Part shown: piece by piece, positions 56,032 to 64,000 of the stretch | Layout of the letters: each line of letters begins with the position of its first letter | Numbering within the stretch: position 1 is the first letter of the stretch | NCBI GenBank assembly: GCA_951406725.2 | Contig: OX597835.1 | Span: 48,298,001 to 48,362,000, forward strand | Source: Octopus vulgaris | Taxonomy: Eukaryota | Length of the DNA: 64,000 nucleotides | Direction of reading: 5' to 3' | Translations under genes and position numbers: made by a program | Notes under the pieces: generated by a model | Seen by the model: the letters and a program-made list of their open reading frames with translations, nothing else | What the model was told of the DNA's origin: nothing | Database searches by the model: none

Positions 56032-56267
56032 CCTATTTCTTTACTACCCACAAGGGGCTAAACACAGAGGAGACAAACAAGGACAGACATAGTTATTAAG
56101 TCGATTATATCGACCCCAGTGCGTAACTGGTACTTATTTAATCGACCCCGAAAGGATGAAAGGCAAAGTCGACCTCGGTGGAATTTGAACTCACAACGTA
56201 ACGACAGACGAAATGCGGTTACGCATTTCGCTCGACGTGCTAACGTTTCTGCCAACTCGCCGCCTCT
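56032..56267 (-). mobile_element. Full-length Nin/Deu-like SINE with 15-bp TSD
   Basis: TSD GTCGTGAGACCAGTA at 56017-56031 and 56268-56282. An older copy of the family lies at about 55800-56005. Confidence 0.92.
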
Positions 56268-57313
56268 GTCGTGAGACCAGTATCACCATCATATTATCAA
56301 ACAATGCCACCACCACCACCACCACCACCACCAGCGTCGACAAAAATAAATCAACATAACCATTAGCGCCTCTGCCGCATAATCACTATCGCCGCCACCA
56401 TCTTCACCAATAACAGTAACAACAACAAGAGCAGAAACATCGCCGGGTCAATGAACGTCAAACCAACCACTCCATTATTTGCGTCAGAATAATCAGCATC
56501 ATGAATACCATTATCGCTTGACAACAACAACAGCAGGAGCAACAACAACAACAACAACAACAACAACAGCAACAAGAACAACAGCACAAACTACACAAAT
56601 GCAATAAGGACGTCAGTGATTGCCTCTGTTCCACCGTCTCCATCATCAACTCCATCACCATCATAATCTCGTCCATTAACAACAACAACAATAATAACAA
56701 CAGCAATAATTATAACAGAAGCAACAGCAACATAACAACAACAACACCAATAACCAATCATGATATGGTAATCGCGAACAGTTGTGACTACTATAGATGC
56801 ATGTGTATACATATACACAGGCTCTGTTTTATACGAATGTATATATATATATATATACATGTGTGTACGCATGAAATTTATGTCTAAGTATGTGTGTATG
56901 TGTATGTTTATGCATGTGCGTGCATATGTGTTTATGTTAGTGAGTACGTGTTTGAGTGTGTTTATGTTGTTATGCATGTATACCTGTATATATTGTGTTT
57001 ATGGCAGTGTGTGTGCATGCGTGTATGCGTGTGTCTATGTTTGTTATTCATATAAACGAGAGTGTTTATGTCAGAAAACATGCGCGTATAAATTTGCATG
57101 TTATTATACATGTTGATATGCATGTTTATGTCAGCGAGCGTGTGTGTGTGTGTATGTTTATGTATGTATTTATAAAAGAATGTCTGCGTTTGTGTGTGTA
57201 TGTGTGTGTATGTATTTATGTGTTCCTGTATGTTTACATGTTGATATGTGCGTTTATGTCGGTGTGCTTGTTCGTGTTTGTGCATGTGTGTGTGTGTGTG
57301 TACGAGAGAGTGA

Positions 57314-57345
<32 letters not shown>

Positions 57346-57709
57346 GAGGTCAAGCAAATTCAGTTATAAAACATAAACATTTATTCCATGTTACTTTATT
57401 ATCTTAAATCATCAAAGAAAATTAAATGTTTTATGAGTTCATTATAAAAATTATAGTGAATCAGTGAACTGGATTAACAAAAAATGGCATAGAAGATGCC
57501 TTCTGGCACCGAATTATCTCCTGCTGTGTTCTGAGTTCGAATAGTTTCCGAATTAAATTTAAATTTCAGTTTTACTCTGACAATAAAATATCAACCACCT
57601 GTTGCTTATTTCTTGAGTTCGAGGCCTTGAAAGGCCGATTACTCAGTTTCTATGGCGTATTACTTTTCCTGGATCCCAACCTTTCTCAGACGGAGACGGC
57701 GTCTTGTTG

Positions 57710-57890
57710 CAGAGATCAGAGCCGTCAGTTTTTAAGGGATAGCACGAGCTGATTACATCGACCACAATACATGAGAGAGGGATGAAACGCAAAGGTGACC
57801 AGGATGTGAATTGAACTTAGAACGTAAAGAGCTGGAAGAAATGCCGCTCAGCAATTTGTTCGACGCGCTAGGTTTTTTGACAGCTCACTG
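57710..57890 (-). mobile_element. Degenerate Nin/Deu-like SINE
   Basis: GATTACATCGACC..GGATGAAACGCAAAGGTGACC..TTGAACTTAGAACGTAA. Confidence 0.6.
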
Positions 57891-58233
57891 ATTTTGCTGT
57901 TGATGTTTTGCTTCAAGTCAACCCTACAAAGAGAACTAAGATGGAAAAAAAAATAAAAAGGGCCAGACGTGACTATCCTTTTCGGAGATACGTACGACTA
58001 GATCATTTGACAGTTAGGTGGGCTGTGAGGGTTGAAAAGGAGGAGCTGGCCAATAATTTGCTCTGTTTTATAGAAATCGTCTTCAAGACGCAACAGAGAT
58101 GCATTTTGTCGGGCAGCCGCCTGCTTTGGTGGGTTTTCAGTTCCTCGTTCTATATCTCTGCTAATAAAATAAACGTAATTAAGTAGTTTTTCGGCGTCGG
58201 CAGAATCTGCTCTTTCTGTCACACACACACACA

Positions 58234-58287
<54 letters not shown>

Positions 58288-58324
58288 ATCTATCTATCTA
58301 TCTATCTTTCTATCTATCTATTTA

Positions 58325-58367
<43 letters not shown>

Positions 58368-58683
58368 CATTTTGCCCAGTGTGCTAACGTTTCTGCCAGC
58401 TATGAAACAATTCCAGGAGTTATTTTTTGTTGACCCTGCAACATATTGCATCCATTTTGTCGGCCCAACGCAACATTAGAAGACACTTTGCTGAAGATTC
58501 CACGCGGTGGAACTGAACACGCAATTATGTGGTTGGGAAAGCAAGCTTCTTGCCACATTTGCTGAGAAATGTTTCCACCATCTAATCAATAAAGTTGCAA
58601 AAGTTTATCAGAAGATTCATTCTTCTCGAATCTATATAATCAATATATTCCAAGGACATTCTAATTCTACTATACACATACAC

Positions 58684-58730
<47 letters not shown>

Positions 58731-58972
58731 TATGTATATATGTGTGTGTATGTATGTATATAAGCAAAGATGCTAGTTCTAAAATCTGTTTCTCTTTCTA
58801 TATATATATATATATTTACATATATATGCATTCATATATACATATACATACATACATATATATAATTATACTATATATACATACATATATATAATTATAC
58901 TATATATACATATACATATATACATGCATATAAATACATATATATAAATGTATATATAAATATATACATATA

Positions 58973-59008
<36 letters not shown>

Positions 59009-59334
59009 CATGCGTGCGTGCGTGTGTGGACGCGCACTGAAACCTGTTCAGAACCACCGCATCCACTCACCACTACACACGCACGTATAACAAACAAGGT
59101 GGGGAGGAAGAAATGAAACCAAGAGAGATGCAGTAGGGGGGAGGTAGAGGGAGATGCGGTCCAGGGTGGAATTGGTTGAGAAATAATGAAGGAATATAAA
59201 TATAGAAGGAAGCAAAAATAAAATAGCGATACCATTAAAAACTTGAGAAAAGGGGAGAAAAAAGAAAACAATCAACAATTTCACACCCTTCTCTTTTTCT
59301 TCCGCCACACCCATACACATAGATACATACATAC

Positions 59335-59396
<62 letters not shown>

Positions 59397-59402
59397 CATA
59401 TT

Positions 59403-59466
<64 letters not shown>

Positions 59467-59735
59467 TATACATATATATATATTATATATATAGAGAGAG
59501 ACAAAGAGGAAGAGAGAAGAGGGAGAGAAGTGGGTGGGATGGAAATAATCAGTCAAGCGATAAATAGGTGTATAGACGACTGCTCGAGACTGGCGACAAG
59601 GTTGTCATCAGATTCGAACCCCTGCTAACAGGCTTCATCCGACCACCTCGACCTCACCGTCTGCCAACCACTGACTTCATTTAATGTGCCGTGAAATCTG
59701 CCACCAATTAAATTTGCTCATAAGATGATATTGAT

Positions 59736-59828
<93 letters not shown>

Positions 59829-59844
59829 GATATATAATAATAAT

Positions 59845-60625
59845 AATTTCATTTATTTGCCACAAGGGCGAAGAATGGGGGGGGGGCAATACAGAGACAG
59901 ACATAAAGTGTTGGGTTTACATATAATAATGAAAGGATAAAAAAAGTATAAAAAGAGTAAGTATACGCTGAAAAAGAAGGGGCTTATGCATCGCTTACAA
60001 AGGTTTAAGACAGCGGTGGGGAGGATGATAGAGATGTGACCCTCCTGATATAGGAAGGTCTCTAGGGATAATCGAGGAACCCCACTGTCCGAGATTTCCC
60101 TGAAACCCCAGGAGCAAGTGCCCTCTCCAATTCCTTCTCTCCGACTCACAGGTCTACACTTAGAGAGGTACCATCCACTCTTGCCATTTTCGCTACTTTC
60201 ACTCACCTTTCAATAAACTCACTCGAGTACAGCACTTCCCTCTCCATTCTCAATTTCCTTTTCAAGTGAAACTTGAAGGAATCTATGAAAGCTCTACCAA
60301 AGAGGAATGGATCTGTCCTCATCCCTTTCAGCCTTGTCCACCAAGCAACCTCTTTTGCCACAGACACCAGGCAAATGAAAACTGCCTTCCCTGCCCGATT
60401 GAAGGAGGGTAGTGGTGCAATCATCACTAGAAACTTGGCCAACGGACGCATCCGTCCACCACGTGAAAGCAGCTGTTCAATATAACCCCACAGATCAGCA
60501 ATACCGGGTAACTGAACGAAGGCGTGCAAAACGGTTTCGCCACTCGGCACGCATCTCGGGAAAGTCCGTCTGACAGCACATGAGTGCCTGTAGAACATGT
60601 CTGCAACCGGTAGCTCCCCCTGGTA
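59845..60625 (-). mobile_element. L1/Tx1 LINE 3' end (zf-RVT-like C-terminus plus 3' UTR)
   Basis: LPVADMFYRH..FPRCVPSGETVLHAFVQLPGIADLWGY..EVAWWTR..FIER. The 3' UTR ends CGCCCTTGTGGCAAATAAATGAAATTATTATT within a (TAA)n tract. Confidence 0.8.
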
Positions 60626-60731
60626 GCACTTGTGTTTATGATAATCATAATAATAATGATGATGTTGATGATATGTAACTCTAAAGTAAACTGAGTACAC
60701 ACATAGATATGCACGTGTGCGTATATGCATG

Positions 60732-60778
<47 letters not shown>

Positions 60779-60913
60779 TTATACATATATCTATATAGAT
60801 AGCTAGATTCATTGACAGATAGTTAGATACACACATAGGCATATATATATCTATATATACATATTTTTATTTATATATATATATGTGTGTGAGTATATAT
60901 ATGCACATGTATG

Positions 60914-60944
<31 letters not shown>

Positions 60945-60982
60945 CTGTGCGCGCGCACACACACACACACACACACACAGTA

Positions 60983-61892
60983 TGTCAGGTGGTTAAGGAC
61001 CCTCATGACAATACAAAATACAACTGCAAAATAACCTGCATGCAGCACACAAATGGTCTGATGAAATCAATATGCAAGTTCAATGCTGATAAGTTTCAAG
61101 CACACCACGATCGCCCCATAAACGGAATACTTAGGACCAGGGGCAGTGCAATCACAGAGTTAGAATCGGTGCTTTACCTGGAAATCCACATGAGTAATGA
61201 TGCAACATAACTTGTGCATATTACCAAGATGGTAACACTGTGCAGGTGAGTAGCTGGACGGATTCTTAGATCATGCAGAATCACAGAGAAGGATCCCTTG
61301 CTACTCCTATAGGGGACATTTGTTATCAGTGGTCAGGATTACTGCTCCCAACTGTGGTCGCCACACAGCGTCAAATTATTGACAGAACTAAAAGCAATCT
61401 AGCGCCACTGCTCAAAGAAGATTGGCTCGGTGAAATCGATGAGCTACTGGGAAAGGCTACAAGAACTGAAGTTCTGCCCTCTGAAGAGAAGGCGAGAAAG
61501 GTATCCTGGAAAATCTAGCTTCGGAATTAAATGCTATACCAGCCACCGACCTGGACGGCACTGCATAATGCCAAAGCTGCAGTCTCTTCATCACTGATAA
61601 GAACCCAGTATTTCCACACCTTGGGTTTCAGGGGACCACAATTGTTTAACAATCGGCCAAGTACCTCAGGGATCTGCAAGGTGTAGATGTGCAAACCTTT
61701 AAGAGCACCTGGATCGATTTCTATCTGAAATCCCAGATAAGCCCACATCGCGACAGGAGGTATAAAGAAGACCAGCATCGTCTTGCTTGCTTCTTCATCG
61801 AAAACAGTACTGAAAAGAGACCCAAAATCACTGGAAGGCGGTGCTCTAGCATGGCCCTAGCCTCAAGCTGAAACCGGTAAAATAATAAAACT
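60983..61892 (+). mobile_element. CR1/L2-group LINE 3' fragment
   Basis: Frameshifted translation FNADKFQ...YLEIHMSND...GRILRS...DYCSQLWSPH...SMSYWERLQELK..LKRRRER. The tail is AAGGCGGTGCTCTAGCATGGCC...GCTGAAACCGGTAAAATAATAAAA. Confidence 0.8.
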
Positions 61893-62019
61893 ATATAGAA
61901 TTATATGTCCATATATCTGTGTGTGTATGTGTGTGTACGTGCATGCATGCATGTAAGTATGATGTATGTATGTATGTGCATATGTATGTATGTATGTTTG
62001 TATGTATATATGTATGATG

Positions 62020-62408
62020 TATGGTGGAAGCACTCCGTCGTTTACGACGACGAGGGTTCCGGTTGATCCGAATCAACGGAACAGCCTGCTCGTGAAATTA
62101 ACGTGTAAGTGGCTGAGCACTCCACAGACACGTGCACCCTTAACGTAGTTCTCGGGGATATTCAGCGTGATACAGAGAGTGACAAGGCCGGCCCTTTGAA
62201 ATACAGGTACAACAGAAACAGGAAGTAAGAGTGAGAGAAAGTTGTGCTGAAAGAGTACAGCAGGGATCACCACCATCCCTTGCCGGAGCCTCGTGGAGCT
62301 TTAGGTGTTTTCGCTCAATAAACACTCACAACGCCCGGTCTGGGAATCGAAACCGCGATCCTATGACCGCGAGTCCACTGCCCTAACCACTGGGCCATTG
62401 CGCCTCCA
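62020..62408 (-). mobile_element. Full-length tRNA-derived SINE
   Basis: Minus head GGAGGCGCAATGGCCCAGTGGTTAGGGCAG...GGTTTCGATTCCC (A and B boxes), with a body shared with 8040-8200. Confidence 0.88.
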
Positions 62409-62414
62409 CATATA

Positions 62415-62905
62415 TAGAGTGAGGTTTATATATTGTCATCTAAATTAGGCATAAATGAAAATAACACTGACATCTCATTTTTATCAAAACCATATAAAAA
62501 TATCTGGAAATACTGAAGAGTAAATTTATGCAATAAAATCGCCATTGGTTTCAACCAATGGCTTAGAGACGGCTTCGGAATCTTATTCAACTCTTCTGAA
62601 CGGTCACCTTCTTTAAGTTGGTGAATTATGCCATAATCCTTGCCTTCAGTTCATATTTGTTTTTATAAGGAGTTTTGTTGATCTCTTGCTTAAATGCGCC
62701 CCACACAAAATAATCAACGGAGTTGCAGTCTGGGGAGATATTATATGCAGGTGGCCAGATATTAGGGGTGATGTGATCGCAGGAATTGTCTGAGAGCCAT
62801 GAATGGGTTCTCTTGTTCGTGTGGCATGGTGCAGAGTCTTGTTGCCAGACATAGGGTCTTCCCACAGCCACCCTCTTGACCCAGGGCAGCGCTACCTCTT
62901 CCTCC
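62415..62905 (-). mobile_element. Tc1/mariner (DD37D/maT-like) transposase C-terminal remnant
   Basis: RPYVWQQDSAPCHT..WL..WPP..SPDCNSVDYFVWG..ELKARIMA. Confidence 0.82.
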
Positions 62906-62914
62906 AGTCTTCAT

Positions 62915-63070
62915 GTGTTTACGTCCCCGTTCGCCAAAAGAGATCGATAGAATAAGTACAGGGCTTAAAAAATTAAAAAAACATGGGGTCGATTTGTTCG
63001 ACGAAAACCCTTCAAGGCGGTGCTCCAGTGTGTCCGCAGTCAAATGACTGAAACGAGTAAAAGATAAAAG
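62915..63070 (+). mobile_element. CORE-type SINE 3' fragment
   Basis: AAAAGAGATCGATAGAATAAGTAC...AAGGCGGTGCTCCAG...TGACTGAAACGAGTAAAAGATAAAAG. Confidence 0.8.
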
Positions 63071-63095
63071 ATATATATATATACACACATGCAAA

Positions 63096-63187
<92 letters not shown>

Positions 63188-63245
63188 ATCTCTCTCTCTC
63201 TAACTATCTATCTATATCTCTCTATATCTATATATCTTATATATA

Positions 63246-63324
<79 letters not shown>

Positions 63325-63474
63325 ACACACACAGACACAGACACTCAGATATACACACTCACCGACACAAACATATACACACATAATCATCAAGGTAGTG
63401 TTTTTTTGTTTGTTTTATTTTTTAATTAGCTTGTCTTCTGTGTGGGTGGCAAACCATTTTTTATTTCTCTAACA

Positions 63475-63752
<278 letters not shown>

Positions 63753-64000
63753 TTATTTTGTTATTTGTTGTTTATTTCAAGTTTCACCACATCTATTGCT
63801 AACAGGAAACCTTTTTGAAGACATTCTCATTATAAGGTCATAGCGTGCAAATAGTTGTATAATACCGGCGGATAATGGCGGTATACGCCATCGGAAGCAA
63901 GGAAATCATTTAAAAGTATTTAGGAAATAGAACCAATACATAGGAACCAATCTTGGCACGGTGATATTATTAGAAAGAAATTTTTCTTTGATGCCAGTCG

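Noticed and set aside
62335-62408. tRNA gene
   Set aside because: A and B boxes are present, but it continues into a SINE body found elsewhere in the window, so it is a SINE head.

Overview
AT-rich, microsatellite-saturated eukaryotic DNA with no confidently identifiable host protein-coding exon. The SINE, LINE and microsatellite repertoire suggests an octopus/coleoid cephalopod intron or intergenic region; this is inference, not a database match. Most ORFs in the track are translations of (TA)n, (CA)n, (TACA)n, (TAGA)n, (TAA)n or (GAT)n. Recognisable content: decayed mariner/Tc1 transposons, a hAT MITE with an 8-bp TSD, a non-autonomous Helitron, L1/Tx1, CR1-type and R4/Dong LINE remnants, a Penelope-like endonuclease remnant, and many tRNA-derived SINEs of three families. 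The most notable signal is a set of about ten type I hammerhead-ribozyme motifs from at least six sequence-unrelated short non-coding repeat families. Four of these loci, all within 7.4-16.6 kb, are head-to-head inverted pairs in or beside (TA)n tracts. One is a 352-bp tandem unit resembling a non-LTR retrozyme. Several families share a self-complementary stem III, a long stem II insertion and a variant CCGAnGA core. A Tx1-ORF1-like, apparently ORF2-less element and two SINE/LINE shared-tail pairs are also visible.
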